Assembly: GCA_012026655.1 (NCBI GenBank)
Contig: JAAILG010000090.1
Coordinates: 62,001-126,000 of the forward strand
Direction of reading: 5' to 3'
From: Hydrolagus affinis
Lineage: Eukaryota
Length of the DNA stretch: 64,000 nucleotides
Shown here in pieces: positions 41,301 through 53,586 of the stretch. The stretch's first letter is position 1; each line of letters opens with the position of its first letter. The position numbers and the translations under genes are program-made. The notes below the pieces were generated by a model. It made no database searches. It worked only from the letters and a program-made list of their open reading frames with translations, and was not told the origin of the DNA.

Positions 41301-41998
41301 ATAGGGTGCAATTGTGTAATTCTAATATTTAAAGCTGAGAGTTTAAGTGAAAATGTTTTACTTGGAATAGTGACTCAAATCAACAGGTGACTGGGCTCTG
41401 TTTACACCAAGCACTATCAGATGGTTATTTTTTCACTTCCCGCTCAGCAAGTTGGACGTGTGCCCAAGAGTGAATGATCCAGATAATGTATCTTGCAGGA
41501 CGTGATATTATCCATGAAGCTGTGGATGAACAAAAGTGAAAGAACTAGCTGTCATTGAATAGGGTGTTGGTTTTCATTTTATTTGTTTCTTTCCTCTCTG
41601 TCAAACACTCAAACATCCAAGGTCTGCACAAGGGCTTAACCTACTTTCCAGCAAGGCTTACTGATCAGAATATGACCAGAAGCAGGAAGACAAGCCAATA
41701 ATTTTCCTTCATCTCTCTCCTTGGCTCAGAGACGCCATAGCCAAATTTAGCTTCCCACTCCTGTCCACAGGATCCACAAACTTGGTGCGGAGCTAAGATT
41801 TAATCTGATCTTTTCCTGGTCTCCGTGGTTCAGTGTCATCAACAGGGAAGTCTGTTCAAGAATATCTTTCTCTCAACTGATACAGATTATTATTATTATC
41901 ACAGACTCAGGAAAGTCTATTAAAACCTGAAGAGAACATTATAGGCCTATGACTAAGAGAAGTTTCTGAGTACAGTAGAAAAAAAGCCTCACCAAATC

Positions 41999-42445
41999 AA
42001 CAACAACAACAACAACTTGCATTTATATGGCAACCTTCATGCAGGGTATTGCCTCACAACACTTGAGAGTGGCGGAGCATAACACCGAGCTGAGAGGAGT
42101 GGGGAGCTGATCATAGGCATGGTGGAAGAGGAAGATCTTCAGGCACGATCTGAAGATGGAGAAGGAGGGGCAAGGTGGATGGATAGAAGAACGGTATTCC
42201 AGAGTTTTGAGGAAAAGTGTCTGAAAGCAGCCCACTGATGATGGAATGGAGGGCAAAAGGGACATGCAGGAGGCCGGAGCCAGTTGAGCAGAGGCAGCAG
42301 GTAGTGGGTTAGGGTTTATGTAGGTCAGAGAGGTTGAATGGTACCAGGGCATGAAGGGTTTTGAAGACAAGTATGAGGATCTTGAAATTGATCCATTTAG
42401 TGATAGTGCTAGTGGAGCCTGGCTAGACCTGGTGTGATGGGTGTA
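41999..42445 (-). mobile_element. L2 3' fragment
   Basis: (caa)n tail on the + strand; decayed L2 C-terminal ORF on the minus strand. Confidence 0.65.
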
Positions 42446-44854
42446 CAGCGTGTATTGAGGGTGAAGTATTATTATTTAGTATTATTGGCCTGGGATTACC
42501 GGGGAAAACTCTCCTCTTTTCGAATAGTGTCAGAGGATTTTTAATGTGCTATTTGTACTGCTGTCAGATGGTTTAAAGTCTTTTCTGAAGAACTGACAAT
42601 GCAGTGATATTGAATTGGTACTCTACTCTGCTGCTGAAGTATCAGTCCAGATGATAAAGTAAAGTGTTGACAATGTGCTTGTACTCATCACCCACAAATA
42701 AAATCAGATAGTTGTTGGAATTACTCCAGAAAAGTACTGTTTGCCCTGCTGGAGGATGAACTATTGTTGGATGTGTGATTCCGATTGATGAAAAGATGCT
42801 GGATGCAGATCATAACGTTCCTGTGGGAGTGTTACAGCAGATGACTGAGCAGGTTAGTACTATAGCAAAATGTTTGCAAGAATAAGGGCATTCATGTTAG
42901 GATAGGCCATTTATGATGAACATGGCACAACATAAATCCTACACAGTAGAAGAATTGGCCTGTAAATAACAGGATGGCATTTAACATTTAAAAGCTATTT
43001 TGCTATCCTAACACTTTGACATGTACCTTTTATGTGAAAGATTCTATATAAAATTATAGTTGTTGTTCCATAGTAACATGTTGTTTTGAGGTTTCACAGC
43101 TAGTGTGTCCACCCTCTCAAACTCTTTCCCCAAAGCCCTTGGCACCTTCTTCAAGCTCCTAATCATCTCTTTCATCAAAAAGCAAAAACATTTATCCTAC
43201 ATTAAAGCTGACATGTAACATCAACAACAAAATTACATTTATAGAGCACCTTTCACATCGGGAGGACGTCCCAATGACAACAAAATTACATTTATATAGA
43301 TGCTTTTCACCTTAGAAGGACATCCCAAGGCACTGAATGTCCTTCTGAGGAAAAAGGTAAGAAATAATAATAATCCTTGCATTTGATAGAGCATCTTTTC
43401 ATATCGAGAGGTCTTCACAGGATATACTGTAAAGTGGATTGGCTCTGTATTTTGTGGGTGAATTGATAGTTTACATAAATGATAGTTGAAGGTTCTTAAA
43501 CTATACACATTTCATAGGAAAGAAGGAAGATTGTTTGCTGTGTCAATGTCAATTTGTGAATGGTTTCTGTGAGGTATTTGAAATTTCCCTCCAATTGCGT
43601 TCCTGCACCTGCCCCAGGATTGTGAACTTGCCAAACCAACCATCGCGGGATTGAGTGTACATTTTACCAACTGTTAACTTTCTGGAAGTGCAGGTCAATG
43701 AATATTCTATCATCAGAAACCAGCAGCTGTTTCTCCAGCTCATCAGGATTTTCTTCCTGAGAGTGAGATGATTATTCTAAAGCCTCGCTGAGATTCACTT
43801 GATCAGAGGACACAAATTCATGCCATATAAATAGCTTTCATTCATTTCCATTTACCTGTGGAAAGATCCTAATCCTTGTGGTATAATTATAAAATATGAG
43901 GCATCAATTTCACAAGCATCTGTGCCAAAAGATAGCAGATGAAAGCAAATGAGAGAACTACTCGCAAACGAGGGGAAAAATATTGTATGTGAGGATGACA
44001 TTTTCCCCTTACTGACATTAGAGCTTAAGATCATTGGCTAGGTGGGCACTTCAAAACAGTACTGGAGGAGTGCTCCATTATGTCAGAGATCTTTCCCAAA
44101 ATATATTGAAACAAGAATCAGTGACACTGTTTGAAAGGAGAAACTAGTTTTGATAAGAATTTCATGCAATTCTGTTGCAATTCAGTGCTGAAAACGCAGC
44201 AGTGGAAACACGATTTACTGCAATCTGAGAAGCTTTTGAATTGGACCCTATAAATGTTTTATTTATTAATGCCGCCTATTTGATTTCTCGTATTGGTGCG
44301 GATACCAAAAAGACCAAATGATCCTTTCTCAAGCACCAGCAATCACTTTGTTAATCAAGACCAGAAACTGTTATACTTTGCAGTGAAATTTAGCTGCTGA
44401 GTGTTTACATCAGTGTTTCCACTGCCAAATTGTGTCCTCCTGATATTTACATTTCAGAAAGGTAATTTCACTGGCCATTTTGTTTAAAGGCTGAAATGAT
44501 TAATTATAGATGATAAAGTTGACACTTCTGAATTATGTACCCAGCACATTTGAGGGAAGCATTTTTTCCTGATGAGATCATAGCAAAGAGATTGTTTTCC
44601 CTTTAATAACCTAATAGTTTAATATGGACGTTCAGTTATTATACAGGTTATTATACAGGTTTATAGGACTCACCTCACAAGCGAGACCTGAGTTTGATTC
44701 CTGGTAGAGCGAAATGTTGGACCTATCAGTAAGAAGGAACCTTTCCTAATTTTGAAAACCTCTGTTAAGGTAAAAACAATGTTGCCTTCTATGGATCTAT
44801 GGGAGAGGGAGTTTAGATCTCTTTTGCCACAACTTAAAGATTGTGTTTGAATAT

Positions 44855-44906
44855 AAATTATGTCGCCTCTAATCCAAATCCGTTTGGATTAGAGGCGACA
44901 TAATTT
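44855..44906. repeat. Perfect 24-bp hairpin with 4-nt loop
   Basis: aaattatgtcgcctctaatccaaa-tccg-tttggattagaggcgacataattt. Confidence 0.95.
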
Positions 44907-45609
44907 TGTACTTCTTTATGGTACATTAAGAAGATATGGAATGTTAGTACTGGGGTAAGGGAAATTGCAGAGGTTCAATTCAGGAACCCACAAGTCAGGT
45001 AATTGTACACCCAGATACAAGTCAGTAAAGCCACAGTTCTGCCTAACAATGTACTTGAGGTGGAACTGAAGAACAACAGTGCCGACTGTGTCTGTTTTGC
45101 AGTGGAATTGTGGGTGAGGTTGCCAAGTTAAAAACAGTTTTCTGCTGTAGCCGAGAGCCACCAAGAATTTGGCGGAGACTGACTACACCCGATTCACAAA
45201 GAAATCCTTACACCAGCATCAGGACCAACCTACAACCCATCCCAATAGGGCAGGGTTTGAATTTGTGTCTTTTTGCCATCCAGAAACTTATGACTTTCTT
45301 AATGTAAAATGAAATTTAGAAAATAAGGACCTAGGAATTTGCTTAGCGAAAGAAGGCTAGGGTCCTTCTATTTCCCAAACTATATACTGTATCCCTAGAT
45401 ATTATTTTCTAGCAGAAATCTATCTAATTTGTTCTTGAATCAAACAACATTTTCTGCTTCCATGGCCTCCCTAGGGAGCATAAGTTTATTGCTCACTCAC
45501 TGAAGTGTCTCCACATCCTCTCAATCGCTGCAATATCCTTTTATATTGAGGTGACCATAAGTTGTTTTGTTGCAAATACCAATTTTATCAAAATAATATA
45601 ATCATAATT

Positions 45610-45990
45610 CTTGCATTTGGTACAGCAGTCGCAATGTCATAAAGTCTCAAAATGCTTTGCAGATAATTCCTATCAAGTGTAGTGACTGTGTGTGTGTGGA
45701 GGCAAATGCAACATCCGCTTTGCGCAGCAAGATCTCATGAACAACCAAGTGAGTAATCATCTGGAGGCTTGTTGACCATGTCACTAGGAGAAATTCTTCT
45801 GCTTTCTCTTTTCAAATAGTGTCACAGGATATATTTTTTTACCTGCACCAAAACAGGTAGAAAGAACTTGAGTTTGATGCCTCATTGAAGCATTGAAACC
45901 CACATGATATAGCCTACCCTCCAGTGCCGGAGTGTTAACCTCCAACTTATGGTTTGGCATTAAGTCACAACCGACTGAGCCAAACTAACA
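45610..45990 (-). mobile_element. Old DeuSINE copy
   Basis: Tail, Deu core and tRNA head (caaccgactgagcca) in reverse orientation. Confidence 0.5.
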
Positions 45991-46286
45991 TGTCATTTTG
46001 TTATTGAAGACAAAGTCTCTCGTCTCGCAACTTAGAACAAAACCCGAATCTCTCAATGTTTAGAATAGTGCACTGTGATCAAGAGCAGTCAAATTTAGAT
46101 TTTCAAACTACAAATGCACACTTGCCTAATGAATGTCTGTAGCATAGAAATTTGTCTATTTGCGTTCAAAAAACCTACAGTAATCTACACAGGCAGCTGA
46201 GCCAATTTTGTTGGCCACAGTTATGTCAATATAAATAACTGCTTCGTTTATCTCTATCTCCGTTGCCAAGTAGTTAGTAAACTTAC

Positions 46287-46358
46287 TTTGTTCGATTCTT
46301 ATTGAATACTGCAAATCCCTTTAATGTGTTGTCCTTTCTGTTCATGCTCCATGCTCCA
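46287..46358 (-). other. Candidate 72-bp upstream exon of DUSP13B (phase 2-2, open frame)
   Basis: gttctttacccag acceptor and AAA|gtaagt donor; reads GAWSMNRKDNTLKGFAVFNKNRT in frame with the DUSP13B ATG exon. Confidence 0.45.
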
Positions 46359-49206
46359 CTGGGTAAAGAACACCACTTTGTGCAGAACTTCTGATCAGGT
46401 GTTACCGAGCCACGTGAGCGGACATTTCATCTGTGTCTGAAATAATTATCTATATTAATTCTCAGGCAACTGCCAAGATGAAATTGCTGCCAGGAAATTC
46501 AGTGATGGGTGGGGGAGGGTGGGGATAATAAGTATATGAGTGCTGATTAAACCATGCAAATACCAACCCAATCTAGCTCTACCCACCTATGAAGCCAGCC
46601 GTGTACTTTGAAGAGACACATATACCATCATTCAAGTGGTTGGAATGGGGGGGAAAAGGATTTGAGATAAAGACACTGGAAAAAATGTCTCCAATATTGG
46701 GGTAATGTAGAGTTACACAGAGTGATATAGCACAAAAACTGACCATTTAGCCCAACGATTCTGTGCTGGGTTTGATAATTCATACAAGCTCCCACCCTTC
46801 TATTCCACTCTCCTAAACCCCTGTCTTTCCTTCTCCCTCGTGTATGCATCAAATGTTTCTCTTAAATACATTGCTACCATTTGCCATTTGGTCTACAACA
46901 AGCTTTCTCAAATTCATCTCCCTCACCCCACCTCTAGTTTTGGACTTATAAACAAATGTAAACAACCTACCAACATCTAACAAGCAATAATTATACTATA
47001 GTAATAATGCTTGCATTTGATATAGCGCCTTATCACATTGTTGAGCCATCTCAAAGCGCTTCACAAAATATACTTTGAAGTGAATTGTTTGTATATTTTG
47101 TGGGCAAAGTGTATTTACAACTTCAGAATGTATGGAATAGGCACTGTTCCAATGGTTCGGAGGCAGATTCCTTCTTTATATACAGTATCCTCCGCTCCCC
47201 TCCCCACTCCCTGTGAAATCATCTGTGAAGCCAGATCATATGTTCAAACTTCAGTATCTGTGGTGAGAGCTGGAAGTCATATAAGCAATCTGGCTTCATA
47301 GACTTCCGTGTTGAAAACAATATGGGGGGAGTGAGTAGAAAAGTGTTCATCACTAGCACAACCGGATAATTCACATTTGATACTTCACGAGTTTCCAAGT
47401 TGCCACCATTCCTAATTGATCCCAATTCCATGAATGACTGATATGATGACTGATATGCATCAATATGACTTGCATCACTTTATTAGGAGCTTACCAGGGG
47501 CACGAGATTGTGCTCAACACTTTCCTGTGTAGAAAGTGCCCCTTGCACTCAGTGTCGGGCGCTGTCAGATTGCTTTGCTGATGAGTTGAACAAATGGATA
47601 CCGCAGGCTGCTGCTCGACCCTTCAGATAATGTTTTCAAAGAGCTGCTTTTGTATCTCCTTTGGGCCCTGGTGCAAGTGACAAATATTTGAACTGAAAAA
47701 GCGTTCTCTGAACAAGAAATGTTCCCTTTGCAGCTAACGCAAAAGACAATCGCTGGAAGTTGATAGCACAGTAGGAGGCCATTTGGTCTATCGTGTCTGT
47801 GGTGGTTAGCTCAAACTCCAATCATCCTGCTTCATGTTAAGCCAATCTATTCCTTGTAAAGCTCTTCCGCTCGGTCTGAGGTCTTGTTATTTAAACATAC
47901 GGATTCTGTGGAGTTTATTTAAGAAGAGCGTATTACGATTTATCATGTACCTGTGCAAACGAGTGATAAATCTTCACTGCTGGGCTGTAACCCAGGTGTC
48001 ACAGCTAAACATAACATGTCAATCAAGGAATGTTTGCCAATTTTCAAAGTTTATTAAAGAATGCGTTTTTCTATTTCAGTCGCTCTTAGTTACAATACAT
48101 CTTCAAACACACGGCTACTGAAAGCTCTGTTACGGGATATTTCGTAACAAGATTCTTTATAAGAAAAACAATTGGAGCTCGTGTCAATTTGAGCCACAAC
48201 TTCTGTCGATGGAACTTTGCTTTAGAAGTGCATAGCGTCAGAAAGGAGTTCCTGTGGGGCAGTGGGCCAGACTTCCCGTGTGACTTCCTATCCTCCCGAC
48301 GTGAAAGGCGCTAAACAAATGTAATTTTTGTAAATGCATGGATCAGTGGACCAGACATCCTGTCGATTGGCAGGGATAAAGTAGGGGTAGGATTTTCTAT
48401 TTGTATAAACCTCGTCCCAGCCACCGTAACTGCTCTCTGGTTCCTCCAACTCACCCCTCCCTCTCCACCTTCAAAACTCAATTTAACACCTATCTTTTCA
48501 ACTGAACTTTTGGGCCCCTTACACCCTCACTCTTTAAAAAGAAAAGCGGTATAACGCATCAGCATCTGAACTGTAAATAAATCCTCCATCCATTCAAATG
48601 AGGTTTATCACCCGACCGACTCCCGGAGTTTACCCTTGCAGGCTGCATTTCTGAAAGGTATAGGAAAGGAAAAGTAACTTCAGCGTGCAGTGCAGCAGAA
48701 AGAGCCTGTAGTTATTAGCAGGGTTCACGCTGAGGCTGGCTGCGTGACACTGAACCGTGATGGCAGGAAGCCAGGTTTACAAGTCACTATCTATAAGGAG
48801 AAGCAAAGAAAATGCACATATCAAAACTTTTCTTCTGTGTGTGGAAGTCACAAGGGGAAATATAACATGCCAGGCACTCAAATCGGCCCTGACAACCAGG
48901 TAACTCTGTCTCGGTGTCTTAGAAGTGTTTTCTTTCATTATTGATTAAATCTGTGATGGGCATTTTAATGAAACACTGACTGAACTGAACTCATGGGCAA
49001 TGGAGAGGATTGGCGCACTGTGAATAAATGATCCCGGGGTCTTGGTATAAAATGACTTTGTGCCAGAGCTAATAAATGTTTGTTTGACTTGTGTTAAATC
49101 GTGCCTTGCAGATGTGTCAGACGAAGCCTCGGCTCGGGGAGAGAGAATCCCTGAGCTGTCTGAACTCTGGACCTTTGGGGTGGCATTTGTGTGTTTGCTG
49201 TTGTAC

Positions 49207-49331
49207 CTCGATGGGCCTGTCAGTTGGGGTGGTGTGGCGGGGGGGCAGGTTTCTTCCATCTTTGAGGAAGGGTTGACATGGGCAGCGGTCACAGGACTGT
49301 ATGGGCATATTTTTCAGCGTCCCAGTGACAG
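49207..49331 (-). other. Candidate further-upstream DUSP13B exon with strong-Kozak ATG at 49259
   Basis: Very strong acceptor (ttctgttcccatctctcccccag), aaagATGG start, moderate GAG|gtacaa donor in phase 2. Confidence 0.35.
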
Positions 49332-49789
49332 CTGGGGGAGAGATGGGAACAGAAGGTGAACACGAAAAGTGGTTTGAAATACATCATGGTCTTATCCTTC
49401 TGACCATTGTCTGTAAATGTGAGATCATTGCAGAAATTCACAAAAATATTCAATGAACTCTCAAATTAGAAGCCACTTTCTTTCATTTCCTTTTATCCTT
49501 TCTGGCTCAGGGTCATTGATGGGCTGATTGTAGCATTCCTCCAATTGCTTCCTAGTTGAGATGAGTTAACCCTACCCAGGCCAACTGTTGAACCCAAGGC
49601 CTTCCTCATGGGTACCTACTCCCCTAGAGAGTTGGCCTGTATGATTCAGTGCTTCACCATGTAAGTGACCTTAGCTTCTAAGACAGTGAAACAACACGCA
49701 ACCCACATTGTTAGTATAAGAGTCTGTGGCAATCTTTCATTCTTTTTAATCCACCAACATTCCTCCTTCCCCACAAGTATGTTAGCCCT

Positions 49790-50715
49790 GTTCAGTTGGT
49801 CATGCTCTTGCCTCTGAGGCAGAAGACTGTGGGTTCAAGTCTGGTCTTGGAATCATATAGTCTAAGATGACACACCAGTGCGGTGCTGGGGGAGTCCTGC
49901 ATTGTTGGAGGGGCTGTCCTTCAAATGAGACATTAAATCAAGGTCCTGCTTGCCTGTTCAGGTGGCTGTAAAAGATTCCGTGGCACGAGATCATCCAGAA
50001 CTCTACAGCTGGTTCCACGACCACATCACTCCCACCCTAGCCCATCTCCACTGGCTCCCATCCCTCAGAGGATCGAATTCAAGATCCTCGTCCTCACCTT
50101 CAAGGCCCCTGCCTATCTCTCCGACTTGCTGTCTCCCTATCAGTCCGCCCATCCCCTCCGCTCAGCAGGCTCTGGCCTGCTCCGCGTCCACCGCCCTAAC
50201 CACCCCACCATCGGTGGCCGAGCTTTCAGCCTCTCTGTTCCCACACTGTGGAACTCCATCCCACAATCCCTTTGCCTCACTTCCTCTCTTTCCTCTTTCA
50301 AGGCCGGTCTCAAGACCTTCCTCTTTGACCATGCCTTCTGCTCCCCTCCTAACTCCTCCATCTCTCCTACTCTCCTTCCCCTTCCCCCTTCCCCCTACCC
50401 CGACCCTTCCCCCCATGCTTGGGTCCCGACCTGACTATTCAGAGCTTTGGGACATCCTCCCGACATGAAACTTGCTCTATAAATGTAATTTTGTTTGTTG
50501 TTATTTTTAAAAGAAAAGGGCATTTAGCCCAGTGTACTGGCCAACAATTCCCCTAATAAAATTGGCCACACACTCCATTGCTATTTGTGGGACATTGCTA
50601 TGTGCAAATTGGCTGCCATGTTTGCCCACAAACACAGTCACCATACTCTATAGCATATCCTGTGTGCCATCCTCCTGATGTGGCAGGTACTATATCAAAT
50701 GTAAGGATTATAATT
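49790..50715 (+). mobile_element. DeuSINE (49790-49986 and 50502-50715) with nested L2 3' fragment (49987-50501)
   Basis: Deu core breaks at ...aaaagattccgtggcac and resumes at tatttttaaaagaaaaggg after an L2 piece (HITPTLAHLHWLP, IGGRAFSLSVPTLWNSIP, (ttg)n tail). Confidence 0.8.
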
Positions 50716-51408
50716 AGGTAAAGTGGAATGCTGTGCCCCAGAAAGATTCTTAGACGAGAGATGGGCAGATAATTAACAGATAATTGGGCAGGAGAGGTAT
50801 TACGGGGTGTACGGAAAAGGCAAGGCATTGAGATAAAATCTTCAAAGATCCCCAAATAGTAGTTCAGGCTCAATGGGCTGAATGGCCTCCACCTGTGCCT
50901 GTACACAGGATATGTGCTGGTGTATCAACAGGATAATACAATTTTCCTGTAGAGAGACGGATGTCCCACTCCAACCCTCTTGCTCACCCCATTCTCCCAC
51001 CCACACCGAACACCACTTCCCCTTGGGTCAAACAATTAAAAATATTTAATAAATCAATTTGGAAAACATCCCAAATTAAACCAATAGTCCCAGAGTTAAC
51101 ATGCGAAAAATCAGTGTGGCTACAGGGCAGTGGATTACAGAAATCCTGGCAATCACGGAGCCTGTAAATGAAAAAGACACAAATAGAATGTGACAGCCAG
51201 GCTACGAGATGAATATTTTTCACAGCGTTTTTCTTTGAGAATCTGTGCAAAATTATCTATTGAATTTAAATGGAACATTCCAGATATCCAGTCGTAGTGT
51301 GTTTAGAGAACTGCGTGTGTTTGTTAAATCCGGGGGAGGAGATGGAAGTGGGTGGTGGGGGCGGAGGGGGGGGGGAGGGTGGGGGAGGTGGCATATCACA
51401 ACCTGTCA

Positions 51409-51414
51409 TTTATT
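51409..51414 (-). terminator. Candidate DUSP13A polyadenylation signal
   Basis: AATAAA on the minus strand about 260 nt after the stop codon. Confidence 0.4.
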
Positions 51415-51671
51415 GTCAGCAAATCGATGACATAAGAGGGTGTTGCATTATCCTGAGTGATTATGATTTATCTTTCTGTACGCCAAGGGTGAAATCAGAC
51501 ATAATTCTCTCGGCAGCACACAGGGGCAGAAGCTCATTTTGACTAAAGCATGAATTCAGCAGGAATCTTTATCTCTATTTACGAAACTATGGGATGTTGA
51601 GTTGTCTGATTTAAGACTTGGATGTGGGAAGTAACGTCAATCCTCTGATAAGCTTGTGTTGTATTGAGCAG

Positions 51672-51919
51672 TTATGAGGCTCTGTGAGCTGAGGGCTGCT
51701 GGACGTCCCTGGGAGAGCTCTGAACATTTCTGTCTTCCTTTAGCTTCAGGTCCAGCTTCCGTAACTGCTTTAGGAAACCTCGATTGGGAAAAATGCATCT
51801 GCGAGCGGTCACCGTCTCAATCGCCTCCGCCAGCGAGTGATTGTGATACATCATCAGGTAGGCCAGCACCAAAGTGGCTGATCTGCTGACTCCAACTGCA
51901 CAATGTACTAGGAGCTTCC
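51672..51919 (-). CDS. DUSP13A: DUSP13A last coding exon with HCAVGVSRS
   Basis: gtcccag acceptor; [23 protein letters not shown]...[13 protein letters not shown]. Spliced CDS is 624 nt = 207 aa. Confidence 0.92.
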
Positions 51920-52019
51920 CTGGGACATACATTAAATGCAATCATTAGTCTTCTTCATTCAGTGTCAGCCTCACTCAGAACAGAGCCTTGCTCAGAACAA
52001 CAACCAAATTACATTAACC

Positions 52020-52435
52020 CTTGCCCCTAGGTCAGAAGGCTGTAGGTTTCAACCAAACGCCAGGTCGCTCAGGACTTGAACTTACGTAGTCTATCCTGGC
52101 ACTCCGATTCATTGCTTTGGAGGGTGTGATGCATTATCGGAGGTGCCGTCCTTTGGATGAGACGTTAAACCAAGGTTTTTTCTGCCACTTCAGGTTAAAT
52201 ATCCCATGGCCCTATTTAAAAAGAGAAGGGAGTTTCTCCTGATATCCTGGCCAATGGATCTCCCAAATAAAATTGGGCATTCACTCCAAGGCTATTTGTG
52301 GGACTAGCTGTTTGCAATTTGGCAGCCTTGTTTGCTTACAAATACATATTTACTGCACTTTACAGTGTATCCTAGGAAGCACTTTAAGACATTCTCCTGA
52401 TGTGAAAGATGCTGTACCTCGTACAAACATTATTA
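52020..52435 (+). mobile_element. DeuSINE copy
   Basis: ggaggtgccgtcctttggatgagacgttaaaccaagg...cccatggccctattt, Deu-domain core. Confidence 0.75.
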
Positions 52436-52769
52436 ACTCAGAGTGCCATCTTTACAATCCATAATTATTTATCGTAGTAACTATTATCAGATGCATCCTC
52501 GTTTTAAATCAACAATGTTCAGGACAGAAGATACCAACAACAACAACAACTTCGATTTACCAACAGGAAGGAATGAAATGATTGCATATTGCTGGTTCCC
52601 CAAATATTAACCACTTACCACAAGGTAAATCATCACATAGCAACTGCAGTTTATTTCCCTTCACAACTGCAGTGATTAAAATCCAAGTAGATCTAGATCG
52701 CCCTCTGCTGTTGAATCAGTGGCTTAGCATCTGAGCTGTTTTAAGAGCAACATTACCCAAATTGAACAA

Positions 52770-52905
52770 TACACAAAATACTACAGATGCTGGGAATCTG
52801 AAACAAAAACAAAGGTTGCTGGGGAAACTCAGCAGGTCAAGCAGCATCCATGGAGAAGGGAAAAAGAGTCAACGTTTCGGATCTACAGCCCTTCGTCAGG
52901 ACTAA
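52770..52905 (-). mobile_element. Penelope-like element terminal fragment with minimal hammerhead motif
   Basis: Common chondrichthyan repeat (cagatgctgggaatctgaaacaaaaac...aactcagcaggtcaagcagcatc); minus strand has CTGACGA...GAAACGTT. Confidence 0.7.
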
Positions 52906-53092
52906 AGTTACCTAAGTTGATCCTTTTAAGCATACCGTACTTGCTTGCAACGGAATGTCGGATTCGAACCAGCCTTCTGTGGAGGTCTCAGTAATCCAAA
53001 TCCTTGGCTAGGCAAGTCTGTAGTATTCCAGGGGATTGCTCATGACAAGATAACCAGCCTGGTTCCACATCAGGTTCCCTCTGTAGGCTGCA

Positions 53093-53586
53093 GATCATCG
53101 AGAACTCTCCTGCACCAAGCTCCGTGACCCCATCTCCACATTCTTGCCCAACCCATTGGCTTCCCATCATTCAGAGGATTCAATTGAAGATCCTGGTCCT
53201 CAGCTTTAATAACCTCCATGGCCTTGCCCCACCCTACCTCTGCGACATCCTAACCCCCTACCAACCTGCCCACTCCCTCCGCTCAGCAGGCTCCGGCCTG
53301 CTCCATGACCCCCGACACACCCACCCCACCATCAGCGGGCGAGCCTTCAGCCACTCTGCCCCCAACCGCTGGAATTTCATACCACAATCCCCCCGCCTTG
53401 CCCCCTCCCTATCCTCCTGCAAGTCTCTCCTCTTCGACGGTCCTATCAGTCACCTCCCCCTCCCCTCCTTTCCCTCCACCCTCCCCAATCCTGACGCCAG
53501 CTCAGATCTGAAACACTGATTGTCCAGCGCCTTGGGACGTCCTCCCGATGTGAAAGGTGCTATACAACTATAATTTTGTTGTTGTT
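53093..53586 (+). mobile_element. L2 3' fragment
   Basis: HWLPIIQRIQLKILVL...LAPPYLCDIL...GRAFSHSAP; gggacgtcctcccgatgtgaaaggtgctatac...(ttg)n tail. Confidence 0.85.

Noticed and set aside
48250-48285. Minus-strand EVWP peptide suggesting a fourth DUSP paralogue
   Set aside because: Not followed by xLY(L/I)GD or a donor, and I found no extra NAAH or HCxxGxSR exons between 38.3 and 51.6 kb.
48945-49292. 115-aa Ser/Thr/Pro-rich ORF as an independent gene
   Set aside because: No recognisable domain; only its 5' part is kept, as a candidate DUSP13B exon.
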